A DNA stretch of 63,836 bases, filler included, from Limisphaerales bacterium (GTDB lineage: Bacteria > Verrucomicrobiota > Verrucomicrobiia > Limisphaerales > SIBE01): the NCBI GenBank assembly GCA_044225505.1. It is 3 parts of 3 records of this genome, joined end to end, with 100 filler letters (N's around TTAATTAATTAA, not from the genome) between each part and the next. Parts side by side here need not be neighbours in the genome. Positions count along the whole stretch, not along the records: positions 1 to 22,983 come from JBGAIN010000137.1; positions 23,084 to 46,027 come from JBGAIN010000138.1; 1 more part is not named here. One strand, given 5' to 3'. Of this stretch, positions 22,483 through 31,325 are shown in pieces; position 1 is the first letter of the stretch; each line of letters begins with the position of its first letter. The notes under the pieces are model-generated. The model was not told the origin of the DNA, did not search any database, and saw nothing but the letters and a program-made list of their open reading frames with translations. The translations under genes were made by a program, and so were the position numbers.

Positions 22483-22869
22483 GTGAATGGAGCTGGGTTT
22501 TTCAGTGGACCGTCATCTCCATGCCGGACGCCACGTGAAGCTCAAAGAAGCATTTACGAATGTGTCCGTCGACGCTACTATCCCGAAGTGCCCGAGGCTG
22601 AAATGTTCGCTGCCTTTCTGCCGACCCGATGGAGCTCCGTTTTGCGCGCTCGCTCTTCCAGGGATGCAGCCCGCCCGCACGCAGATCTGGCCGTCCCGCC
22701 CGAGCTAGAGTCTTGTCGCAATTGGTGGCGCAACGGGTTCTCCGTGGAACGCCTCGCTTGGCTGTGTTTGGCGGAGCGGGCGCTGCTTCAAAAGGTCACC
22801 CCCGACGTCGCCCGCCGGCGAGATCAGGCGATCGAGCTCCGCCCCAGGCACCTTGCCGCTGCCCCATAA
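22483..22869 (+). CDS. Hypothetical protein (doubtful)
   Basis: 128-aa ORF filling the gap between SBBP genes and ending 4 nt before the next ATG. No recognisable motif. Confidence 0.25.
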   Translation: MNGAGFFSGPSSPCRTPREAQRSIYECVRRRYYPEVPEAEMFAAFLPTRWSSVLRARSSRDAARPHADLAVPPELESCRNWWRNGFSVERLAWLCLAERALLQKVTPDVARRRDQAIELRPRHLAAAP

Positions 22870-22873
22870 TCCT

Positions 22874-22983
22874 ATGAAACCGTACACGATGATGGCCTGT
22901 CTCTCGCTGATCAGCGGCCTCCATTTGCTGTCCTGGCAAGATGCTCAGGCCGCTCCGGCCCTGCAGTTTTCAAGCTACTTCCT
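22874..22983 (+). CDS. 5' end of a secreted protein, probably a third SBBP-type protein, truncated by the contig end
   Basis: MKPYTMMACLSLISGLHLLSWQDAQA-APALQFSSYF: signal peptide with an AQA cleavage site, then 'PALQFSSY', resembling 'PALDYSTFL' in the neighbouring SBBP gene. Confidence 0.6.
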
Positions 22984-23083
22984 NNNNNNNNNNNNNNNNN
23001 NNNNNNNNNNNNNNNNNNNNNNNNNNNTTAATTAATTAANNNNNNNNNNNNNNNNNNNNNNNNNNNNNNNNNNNNNNNNNNNN
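22984..23083. other. Artificial contig linker (N run - TTAATTAATTAA - N run)
   Basis: 100-nt spacer with a central 12-mer giving stops in all six frames. Identical to the spacer at 46028-46127. Confidence 0.97.
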
Positions 23084-23460
23084 TCTTGACAGTACCCCCA
23101 GGATCGCGGGATTTATCCTAATGCCATTCGGTAATTCTATTCAGTCCCGGAAGGGACAGAATGAGAGAAGCCCGGTCGCTTTAGCGCCGGGTGCTCCAGT
23201 GAGAGGGCCCAAGCCCCGGAGGGGCGGCTGAGGGCGGCGAGAAAGGGCGTTTGGGTTCTACGACCTTGTGATCCGCTTTATCTCCGGTTCTTCCGTTCAA
23301 TGCCACGTCCTCGGCCGTCCCGTCGGGACTTGGAATCGCGCCCATTCGCCCTCGGCGTTAAAACGCCGAGCTATTCTCGAGTTGCCCCATCCGGGGCGCC
23401 AGGAGGCAATTACCGAATGGCATTAGGATAAATCCCGCGATCCTGGTGGTACTGTCAAGA
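23084..23460. mobile_element. Non-coding nested inverted-repeat element (MITE/REPIN-like)
   Basis: 53-bp terminal inverted repeats (23084-23136 and 23408-23460, one mismatch) enclose an inverted pair of REP-like hairpin units (23143-23232 and 23310-23397). No ORF. It lies at a contig end. Confidence 0.8.
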
Positions 23461-23536
23461 TACGTCCTTGCTTCAGCCTCGACCGAAACCAGGGTTGCAT
23501 TCCTCCGATAGAATCTGTCATGATGTCCTACTATTT

Positions 23537-23938
23537 ATGGAACTATTATCGCGTCAGACCCGCCGCTTCCCCCTGGCTTCTGCCTTGCCTGTGCCAGTGT
23601 CGTCGGGCAAGAAGACGATTTTCCTGGTGCATAGCTCAATTCAATACTCTAGCCCGATTAAGGCAGCGTTGCAGGACCGAGGTTACGCCGTCGTTCACGC
23701 GGATACTGCGGAGGCCGCCCTGCAGACGTGGGCCAAACTCTCGTGCCGGGTGGATTTGTTTTTGGCTGACATCAGCTTGGGCAAAGACCAAGAAGTTGAA
23801 CGCCTGGTAAAACTGCTTCAGGCTGAGAACCCGCGCATGCGTGTGCTTTACGCGAATGATTTGGAGGTCACATGTCCCAGCATGGCTCAGACCTACTTTA
23901 CACAATTGGCAGGTGTGGTTGAGAATTGCTTGGCCTGA
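23537..23938 (+). CDS. Stand-alone atypical response-regulator receiver domain
   Basis: REC-fold pattern 'KTIFLVH...LQDRGYAVVHADTAEAAL...VDLFLADISL...LQAENPRMRVLY'. The acidic pocket and conserved Lys are absent. Confidence 0.7.
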   Translation: MELLSRQTRRFPLASALPVPVSSGKKTIFLVHSSIQYSSPIKAALQDRGYAVVHADTAEAALQTWAKLSCRVDLFLADISLGKDQEVERLVKLLQAENPRMRVLYANDLEVTCPSMAQTYFTQLAGVVENCLA

Positions 23939-23984
23939 CGGGGCGGAGGCGCGTTCGTCATTCGGGGCTTGTGCCATTCGCTAA

Positions 23985-26900
23985 TTAGGCTGTGGCGACT
24001 TGGGCTTTCGATGGAGTAGTCCGGACCAGAAGGGCTACGGGGAATTGTCTTAAGGCGACGCCAAGCATTATCCCCCGTCCGTTGACGTCGGGCGAAACGA
24101 TGAGCGCTTCGCCTGTCAGCACATTCTGATAATGGCCGGATAAACCCTCGGGAATCTCAATGGAGGTGTCTCGCCAAACGGTTTCGCCCACTGGCCATTG
24201 AGCCACGCCGTTGGTCAGTGTGAGCGGCAATCTTGGCACAATCGTAATGACGCTTTGTTGCTCTCCCACGCGGGCGAAAGCGCAGACGTGGTCGGCTTTG
24301 ACGCCCTTGGGTGCCAGTATGCAATACGATGCTTCTCTAAAGTGTGCCGCGTGCTGCAGTCGAAATTGGAGGATCAGGTGAGTGACGTAGAGCTTGACCT
24401 CGCCTGTGTGACTTCGTGCCAACAGCTCTTGCGATAGCTTGAGCCGGTCCGGGTTCGATGACGCGAGTTGTTGGCGAATGACAAAGAGCAAACGGCGGCG
24501 CAGCGGGAAGTTGACCGGTTGCCGATTATCCGGGTCCACCAGACTCAAATCCCAGAACTCCGTGCCTTGGTAAAAGTCTGGAACTCCAGGCGAGGTTGCT
24601 TTGAGGACGAGTTGCGCGAGCGAATTGACTTGCCCGAAAAAACGGACGCGCGCTTGAATTCGGGCGAAGTCCAGGAGGAAAGGCGCACTCGCGCTAGGGT
24701 TTAGCAGCGCCTCGGCAAACTTCGTCGTGCCCTCTTCGTAGGTCGCGTTCGGATCGGTCCAGCCAGACTCGGACTTTCCTTCTCGAAGCGCTTTTATCAA
24801 ATACTCTGTGACCCGCCTGACGAAGTGCGGAAGATTGTCTGGCAGGATCCTCGAGACGTCTACGGGGTTACTTTCGGTTTCGGTTGGTTTATCAGACATC
24901 GGCCAAGCACCGAGCAGTGTTTGGTAGATAAAGTATTCGTGAGTTGAGCGAGGGACGAGCTGTCCGTGAATAAGGACCTTTTTATCACTATTGAATTTTG
25001 CCCAGCGCCGTAAGGCTGCCTCCCATTCGTCTGGCATTTCCGAAAGGACATTGAGCCGGGCACGGACGTCCTCACCACGTTTGGTGTCATGCGTCGCCGT
25101 GGCCAGAATTGTGTGAGGCCATTGCGCGGAGATTCTCGCGTTGTGGCGATGGAATTCGTCCACCGTTACTCCAAACCGATCTGCATCTCCTCCAACCTCG
25201 TTGAGCGAGAGGAGCCGGGAGTAGTTGTAAAACGCAGTGTCCTCCAACCCTTTAGCCGTCGCCGGGCCTGTTAGTTGTTGGAATCGAAGCACAAACTCCC
25301 AATGCAAACTTCGGTCTTTAGCCGTGTAATCACCAGGGGAGCGGAGCAATAGCAACTCTTGCAGAAACTCTAGAACAGGCTCTTCGGTGTCAGCATTTCT
25401 GGACTTGGCTTTCTCAATCGCTTGGCGGATGCATTCTTCTTCGGCCAGGCTGATCTGGGTTGCGGATTCCGTGACATACGTGCGGTACACGGGAAAGGCG
25501 GCAATCACGTCCCGCAGCACGATTCGGAGTTGAGCGAGTGTGAAGTCGTGTCCGTAACGTGTCCGAGAGCACAGCCCTTTCAGCCGATAGGACAGAGCAT
25601 TGAGCTCACTGGCCAAAGAGGTGTCGAGGATTCGCTGTTTGCTCGCGTAGACCTGATTCCAAAACGGCTCTTCGCTTCGGGTGAATTCGCGGTAAATTCG
25701 GTCAAACGCTACTGCGTTCGCGCCATTCACGAAAACCCCATTCACCTGATTAAGAAAATCATAGCCCGTTGTTCCGGCGACTGGCCAATCACGACGCAGG
25801 CTTTCGTTGCCCGAGAGAATCTTCTCGACCACGACATAAAGCGGCCACTCACAGGACACGCGGTGGCTAGTCATTGTACTGCAACGAGCTGCCGTCTCAG
25901 CGCCTTTTTCGGCAGCCGCACGGTGCATTGCAACTTCTTCCAATTGGGCCAAGCGTTCTTCCCAACCTGATGCATTCTGTCCGGGACGAATGGATGGCCT
26001 CACGGAGTCGACCGGTGCAGGCGAGCGACAGGCCTGCAGAAAGGTCGATTGGAGTTTGCGGAAATACTCTTTGGGATCCCATAACCCATCTGGGTGATCG
26101 ATGCGCAATCCTTGGAGCTGCCCTTGACGGAGAAGTTCGAAGACTAAGCGATGGGCGGATTCAAATACGGGGGGCGACTCCATTTTGATGGATACCAGCT
26201 GCGTCACGTCAAAAAAGCGGCGGTAGTTGATTTCCTGTGAGCCAACGCGCCAAAACGCGAGACGGTAATGCTGGTGAGCTATGAGGGTGTGGAGTTTGTG
26301 AAAACTTTCTGGTTTTCCAAGCTGACCGTTGTAAGCGGCGCGGACGCGATCGACGGCTTTGCGAAAATCCGGAAAACGATCTTCCCACTGGCAGAGGCGT
26401 TCGCTGAGTCGGATCGAGTGGGTCTGAGTTGTCTCAAGGAGTGTTGCCGACAAATCACAAAGATCATCAATCAACTCCGGTTCCTTTGCAAAGGAGACCA
26501 AGGCGCGAGCGACTTCTTCGAGGATTTCAGCCACGGACGCGGGCGAGATGGGAAACCGCCGCTCATGGTAAGCGATAGCGAATGTTCCACGTTCATAGGC
26601 CAAGGCGAGTTTGCCTTGTTCAAGAACTGTTGCGTAATGGTCCTCCAGCGTCGGGAGAAGCACTTTGTGTGGCCAGTTCGAACACGCTGGTTGCCAGTCG
26701 ATATCAAAGTAATTAGCGTAAGGAGAGCTCGGTCCGTTTTCCAAAACATCTCGCCACCACGCGTTCGAGAGGTCACTCCCCATATGGTTTGGGACCATAT
26801 CCAGGAGCAGTCCAAGGTCCAGTTGCCGCAAACGATCGGTAAAAGCGTCGAACTCCGATCTGCCGCCAAGGACGGTGCTAACTTGTTGGAAATTGCAGGT

Positions 26901-27101
26901 ATCGTAACCATGGGTGCTCTCCGGCCCCGCCTGAAACAAGGGCGAAGCGTAGAGGTGGCTGATGCCGAGTTCCCGGAGGTAGTCGGCAATGTCTGCCGCC
27001 TGTCCAAACGTAAACTGACGGCTGAACTGCAATCGGTATGTCGAAGCCGGAATGGCTGCGGCCTGAGATTCCAAATCAGGCAGCTTGTTGTTGCTGTTCA
27101 T
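23985..27101 (-). CDS. treY: Malto-oligosyltrehalose synthase (GH13)
   Basis: 'PASTYRLQF', 'STHGYD', 'DMVPNHMG', 'INYRRFFDV', 'LRIDHPDGL', 'VVEKIL', 'THDTKRGED', 'SLVDPDNR'. Start placed at ATG 27101, overlapping the upstream gene. Confidence 0.95.
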   Translation of the reverse strand: MNSNNKLPDLESQAAAIPASTYRLQFSRQFTFGQAADIADYLRELGISHLYASPLFQAGPESTHGYDTCNFQQVSTVLGGRSEFDAFTDRLRQLDLGLLLDMVPNHMGSDLSNAWWRDVLENGPSSPYANYFDIDWQPACSNWPHKVLLPTLEDHYATVLEQGKLALAYERGTFAIAYHERRFPISPASVAEILEEVARALVSFAKEPELIDDLCDLSATLLETTQTHSIRLSERLCQWEDRFPDFRKAVDRVRAAYNGQLGKPESFHKLHTLIAHQHYRLAFWRVGSQEINYRRFFDVTQLVSIKMESPPVFESAHRLVFELLRQGQLQGLRIDHPDGLWDPKEYFRKLQSTFLQACRSPAPVDSVRPSIRPGQNASGWEERLAQLEEVAMHRAAAEKGAETAARCSTMTSHRVSCEWPLYVVVEKILSGNESLRRDWPVAGTTGYDFLNQVNGVFVNGANAVAFDRIYREFTRSEEPFWNQVYASKQRILDTSLASELNALSYRLKGLCSRTRYGHDFTLAQLRIVLRDVIAAFPVYRTYVTESATQISLAEEECIRQAIEKAKSRNADTEEPVLEFLQELLLLRSPGDYTAKDRSLHWEFVLRFQQLTGPATAKGLEDTAFYNYSRLLSLNEVGGDADRFGVTVDEFHRHNARISAQWPHTILATATHDTKRGEDVRARLNVLSEMPDEWEAALRRWAKFNSDKKVLIHGQLVPRSTHEYFIYQTLLGAWPMSDKPTETESNPVDVSRILPDNLPHFVRRVTEYLIKALREGKSESGWTDPNATYEEGTTKFAEALLNPSASAPFLLDFARIQARVRFFGQVNSLAQLVLKATSPGVPDFYQGTEFWDLSLVDPDNRQPVNFPLRRRLLFVIRQQLASSNPDRLKLSQELLARSHTGEVKLYVTHLILQFRLQHAAHFREASYCILAPKGVKADHVCAFARVGEQQSVITIVPRLPLTLTNGVAQWPVGETVWRDTSIEIPEGLSGHYQNVLTGEALIVSPDVNGRGIMLGVALRQFPVALLVRTTPSKAQVATA

Positions 27102-29358
27102 GAGTGGTTCTTGGCGCCAAATGTTGAACAGCGAAACCGAGCCGTTCTCCAAGACTACGAAAAGCTTGAACCCATTCCTGAGCTGAGCTTTCTCCACTCG
27201 ACGCGCGTTCTTGGGATTGAGGCAAAACTCTTTGCATCATCTCCCAGTAGGTATTTTGGACTTTCCATAAATTCAGACCCATCGGGATGGGTGTGACCAT
27301 CGCTGCAATTTGCTCGAGCAACCGTATGCGACCGACATCTTCGGGTTGATCCGCCAACTCATCCATCAGTTGTTCAAAGCGGGTTGTGATGCGGAAGCTG
27401 ATTTCCGCGTCGAAGATATCCGGCACTCGGCCGTGAGCCTCTCCCAAAAGCGCGCGCAGGCGCTCGGGATCCACAGGCTCCCGCTCAATGGCAGTACGGA
27501 TGTCCTGGTGCAGGATATAGTCGGAAACAGTTTGTAGAGCCGAAGGCAAGGGCGCGCCGGCACTTTGAAGAAATCGCATCAGCGGGGTGTATCGTTCGGT
27601 GATTAGTCGGAATCGGCTTTCCAGATCGTCTCGAGTGGTGGCTAGAATCTCCTGAAGAATTCGGCGTTGCTCGTCTTTGAAAAGTGATCGGAGGGAGTAG
27701 GCAGAGCGGCCGAAGTGTCGGTCGATCAATCGGATTACCTGGGGGAAATCCGCCGATTCATAGGCGCCTTTGACCTCTGCAAACATGGCATCGAAGGTTT
27801 CTTGAGACTCCATTTTGCGAACTCCCCCAGTGAGATTGTGTTCACCCAGGTAAAGGATCGCATAGCTGAACACGTCGGTTTCGTGAGTGATCTCGGAGAT
27901 GATTTTGGTCTGCCCGGCTGTCAGGGTGGTCTTGCCGGCCGTTAAGACTTGGCGATGCACATCCTCAAATGTAAACGAGAAAACTCGGCTGCGCGGATCG
28001 TACGCATGGAAGACGGCACTGATCGCATAGTGCGCCGCTGCTTTTTCGAAATCGATCATGGCTGGTTGGACGAATTTCGCGTAGATGCGCCGGCCATCTT
28101 TGTGTTCCGGAATGTTGCTCTTCGCTCCTTCAAACCTCTCGAGGAACCCCGCTTCGAGGTCGTGACCAAATAGTTCCTTAGCCAATTGAATCGTGCGGGC
28201 GGCGTATTGAACGACTTGCACGGTCTCCAAGCCAGAGACTTCGTCGAAGAACCAACCGCAGCTGGTGTACATTAGCATGGCGTGCCGTTGCAGTTCCATT
28301 AACTTGAGCACGATGACCCGTTCGGATTCCTGCAATGGGCGTGTGGCCTGCGCTTGAAAGTAGAGGTCCAGATTAGCGGGTGATCGGTCCAGGAGCACCT
28401 TGACGTACTCGTTGCGCGCTCCCCAAGGGTCCTTCAAGAAAGCGCTTGCGGTTGCTTCGAACCTCGGCGCAAGTTCGTCGCGAAGCCAGTCTAACGCGTG
28501 GCGAAGAGGGGTCCGCCAGGATTGGTTCCAGTCCCCGTGGCCCCCGCTGTTGCACCCGCAATTGGACATCCATCGTTCGACGCCGTGCGAGCAACTCCAG
28601 GCGCTCTTCTCATGGATTTGGACTTCGTGGGTTGGGGGATGTCTCTCGAGGAATTCGCCGTAGTTTGTTAAGCGCGCGAGTTGGTTTTGCTCGACATACT
28701 GTAAAGCGTAAGCAAGTGCCATTTCACCGTGACGGTGATGGTGCCCATACGATTCTCCGTCGGTCGCGATGTGCACTAGTTGGTCCCATGTTCTGTTCTC
28801 GCTAAACGCACTCATGAGACGATGGGCAAAGCGTTCGCCGCTCGAGAGAAGCTTTTCAAAGGCGACTGCTTGGGAGACGGGAGCATCGTAAAAGAAGACC
28901 GCAATGCTGCGCCCCTCAGGAAGCCGGACCAGGTAAGGCCGGGTAGGATCAATGCGCGCACCGTTCACGTCGCGCCAACTCCGTTTCCCAAGCTCGCGGG
29001 TACGGCTGGCTTGAAACGGCGACAAGATTGTGAACTTAATTCCTTGATTGGCCAGTGCGCTTAAGCTCGCGGTGTCAGCCGCCGTTTCCGAAAGCCACAT
29101 GCCTTCTGGCTTTCGACCGAATCTAAATTCGAAGTCGCGGATACCCCACAAGACCTGCGTGTATTGATCTCGAGGATTTGCCAGCGGCAGGATGAGATGG
29201 TTGTAAACCTGTGCCAAGGCTGAGCCGTGACCCGAAAACCGATCTCGGCTAACGCGGTCGGCCTGGACAATACTCGCATGAATATCCGGCATTCTGTCCT
29301 GCATCCACGCCAAAACCGTCGGTCCAAAATTAAAGCTGATCTTCGAGTAATTATTCAC
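27076..29358 (-). CDS. GH57 glycoside hydrolase with DUF3536; 5' end apparently deleted (in-frame homology extends up to ~29487 with no start codon)
   Basis: 'SFNFGPT', 'GMWLSETA' (nucleophile Glu), 'ATDGESYGHH' (acid/base Asp), 'SAWSCSHGVERW', 'MYTSCGWFFDE'. The upstream in-frame sequence LESIELQDSAAPYHDWNERITFECYAPN is closed by TAA at 29494-29496. Confidence 0.88.
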   Translation of the reverse strand: MNNYSKISFNFGPTVLAWMQDRMPDIHASIVQADRVSRDRFSGHGSALAQVYNHLILPLANPRDQYTQVLWGIRDFEFRFGRKPEGMWLSETAADTASLSALANQGIKFTILSPFQASRTRELGKRSWRDVNGARIDPTRPYLVRLPEGRSIAVFFYDAPVSQAVAFEKLLSSGERFAHRLMSAFSENRTWDQLVHIATDGESYGHHHRHGEMALAYALQYVEQNQLARLTNYGEFLERHPPTHEVQIHEKSAWSCSHGVERWMSNCGCNSGGHGDWNQSWRTPLRHALDWLRDELAPRFEATASAFLKDPWGARNEYVKVLLDRSPANLDLYFQAQATRPLQESERVIVLKLMELQRHAMLMYTSCGWFFDEVSGLETVQVVQYAARTIQLAKELFGHDLEAGFLERFEGAKSNIPEHKDGRRIYAKFVQPAMIDFEKAAAHYAISAVFHAYDPRSRVFSFTFEDVHRQVLTAGKTTLTAGQTKIISEITHETDVFSYAILYLGEHNLTGGVRKMESQETFDAMFAEVKGAYESADFPQVIRLIDRHFGRSAYSLRSLFKDEQRRILQEILATTRDDLESRFRLITERYTPLMRFLQSAGAPLPSALQTVSDYILHQDIRTAIEREPVDPERLRALLGEAHGRVPDIFDAEISFRITTRFEQLMDELADQPEDVGRIRLLEQIAAMVTPIPMGLNLWKVQNTYWEMMQRVLPQSQERASSGESSAQEWVQAFRSLGERLGFAVQHLAPRTTHEQQQQAA

Positions 29359-29384
29359 AATCGAGGTAATTTGACCCTGACCGT

Positions 29385-31325
29385 CTAAAATTCTTGCGCT
29401 TGTATTGGGGGCGTAACATTCGAATGTGATCCGCTCATTCCAGTCGTGATACGGCGCGGCCGAGTCTTGGAGTTCAATGGATTCCAGCCCCGGTTAAACA
29501 CGGCAAAAGACTGCGGACTTAACAGCAGATCAGCCGATATGTTTCCAGAGATTTCCTCGGGCAATGAGCTTCCCGGTCCTCCCCAACGGTCCACGGCGGA
29601 GTCGAGAAGTTTGCCCCAAGACCCATCCGGAAGTTCGACCGTTGCGGCCCGAGCCTCGCTGCCAAAGTGTAATAGGACCAAGAGCGCATTTTCCTCCGTC
29701 CAGTAATGCAGAACGATCAGCCGTTTAGTCTCGAGATAAGTGACATCCATCGTTTGTTTGTCAGCTTCAGCGAGGGCTGGTTGACCTTTTCGAATGCGAA
29801 TCAGCTCTTGATACAGCTCAAAGAGCAATCGCTGAGTTCTGTCATGGCACAGGCCGTCAAACTTTAGTTTATTCTCCATGAAAACGCCCACCGATTGCGG
29901 GTCTGGAGCAGGGCAGTCCGCATGGGTATAGGCGAATTCCTGGCGCCGACCTTCTTGAACCGCTTTCACTAAATTTGGATCCGAGTGGCTAGTCATATAC
30001 TGAAATGACGCCGTTTCTGCGTATTCCTCACCCATAAACAGCATCGGAATAAAGGGAGAGAGGAGGACGCTGCCGGCGGCAAGTTTCAGAGCCTCAAAAG
30101 AAACGATGCGAGCCAGACGATCACCAAGCAACCGGTTCCCAACCTGATCGTGGTTTTGAGCGTAAACAACGAACTGTCTCGACGAGGTGAATTGAGGCGA
30201 ATTGCCCTGACGAAGCCGCCGATACGCAGAGTAATCGCCGGTATACGCATAGCCTTCGCGAAACACTTTAGCGAGTTGGCGGATAGTCCCGAAGTCCTGG
30301 TAATAACCATATCGCTCTCCAGTGAGAAGCACGTGGAGCGTGTGATGGAAGTCGTCGCTCCATTGCGCGTCCAGAGCGTACCCGCCAAGTTGAGTGGGCA
30401 GCAGGTAGCGGGCATCATTCAGATCGCTTTCAGCGATTAGATAGAAGCGTCGATTGAGTCGCTCTGCGTGCCGTCGCGTGACCTGTGCGAGTTCCTGGAG
30501 GAAAGGGAATGCTGAAAAATCGCGAATGGCGTGAACCGCATCCAGGCGCAGGGCATCGACGTGGAAGAACTCTTGCCAATAGCGGGCGTTCTCTAGGAAA
30601 AAGTGGCGGACCTCTTTCGAATCGGCTCCGTCATAGTTCAGGGCGGCGCCCCAGAGCGTCTGACTGGAGTTATTAAAGTAGGGGCCGAACTCGCCCAAGT
30701 AGTTCCCTTCCGGGCCGAAATGATTGTAAACGACATCGAGAACGACGGCTAAGCCAACGCGATGGCAGGCGTTGACCAGGGCCTTTAAACCTGTCGGCCC
30801 TCCGTATGAATTTTGAACGGCGAATAGATTCACGCCGTCATAGCCCCAATTGCGATCTCCGGGAAACTGGGCGATCGGCATCAATTCCAGGGCGGTGATT
30901 CCCAGTCGCTTCAAATGATCTAATTTGGGAATGATTGCTGAAAAGGTCCCTTCCTGCGTGAACGTTCCGACGTGCAGTTCGTAGAGGATGTAATCTCGCA
31001 ACGGAAGGCCAAACCAGTCGCGGTCGGCCCAGTCAAAATCGTGATTCACCAGTTCGGAAGCCTCATGCACGCCGTTGGGTTGATAAGCGGAGGCAGGATC
31101 TGGTCGATCGTTTGTTTCGTTGAGCCGATAAAAGTAACGAGCTCCAGGAGAGACTCCCTCGACGTGCGCTTGCCAATAACCTTGGCGCGACCGTTGCATG
31201 GCAACCAATCGATCGTCCGGTGCAATTAAGTGTAGTTCCACCTTCGTCGCTCGGGGAGCCCAAACCCGGAATGAACAGAGATTGTTCCCCAAATACTGAC
31301 CGCCCAGACGGAAGTCAGGATTCAT
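29385..31325 (-). CDS. treZ: Malto-oligosyltrehalose trehalohydrolase (GH13); last ~33 aa are out-of-frame read-through into GH57 sequence
   Basis: 'FRVWAP', 'YELHVGTFT', 'RNWGYDGV', 'LRLDAVHAI', 'IAESD', 'QNHDQVGNR'. ATG 31325 overlaps the glgB stop (ATGA). Confidence 0.95.
   Translation of the reverse strand: MNPDFRLGGQYLGNNLCSFRVWAPRATKVELHLIAPDDRLVAMQRSRQGYWQAHVEGVSPGARYFYRLNETNDRPDPASAYQPNGVHEASELVNHDFDWADRDWFGLPLRDYILYELHVGTFTQEGTFSAIIPKLDHLKRLGITALELMPIAQFPGDRNWGYDGVNLFAVQNSYGGPTGLKALVNACHRVGLAVVLDVVYNHFGPEGNYLGEFGPYFNNSSQTLWGAALNYDGADSKEVRHFFLENARYWQEFFHVDALRLDAVHAIRDFSAFPFLQELAQVTRRHAERLNRRFYLIAESDLNDARYLLPTQLGGYALDAQWSDDFHHTLHVLLTGERYGYYQDFGTIRQLAKVFREGYAYTGDYSAYRRLRQGNSPQFTSSRQFVVYAQNHDQVGNRLLGDRLARIVSFEALKLAAGSVLLSPFIPMLFMGEEYAETASFQYMTSHSDPNLVKAVQEGRRQEFAYTHADCPAPDPQSVGVFMENKLKFDGLCHDRTQRLLFELYQELIRIRKGQPALAEADKQTMDVTYLETKRLIVLHYWTEENALLVLLHFGSEARAATVELPDGSWGKLLDSAVDRWGGPGSSLPEEISGNISADLLLSPQSFAVFNRGWNPLNSKTRPRRITTGMSGSHSNVTPPIQAQEF

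Noticed and set aside
22984..23083. TTAATTAATTAA palindrome inside N runs (also at 46028-46127)
   Set aside because: Synthetic six-frame-stop contig linker. ORFs ending in it have false stops, and gene neighbourhoods across it are not real.
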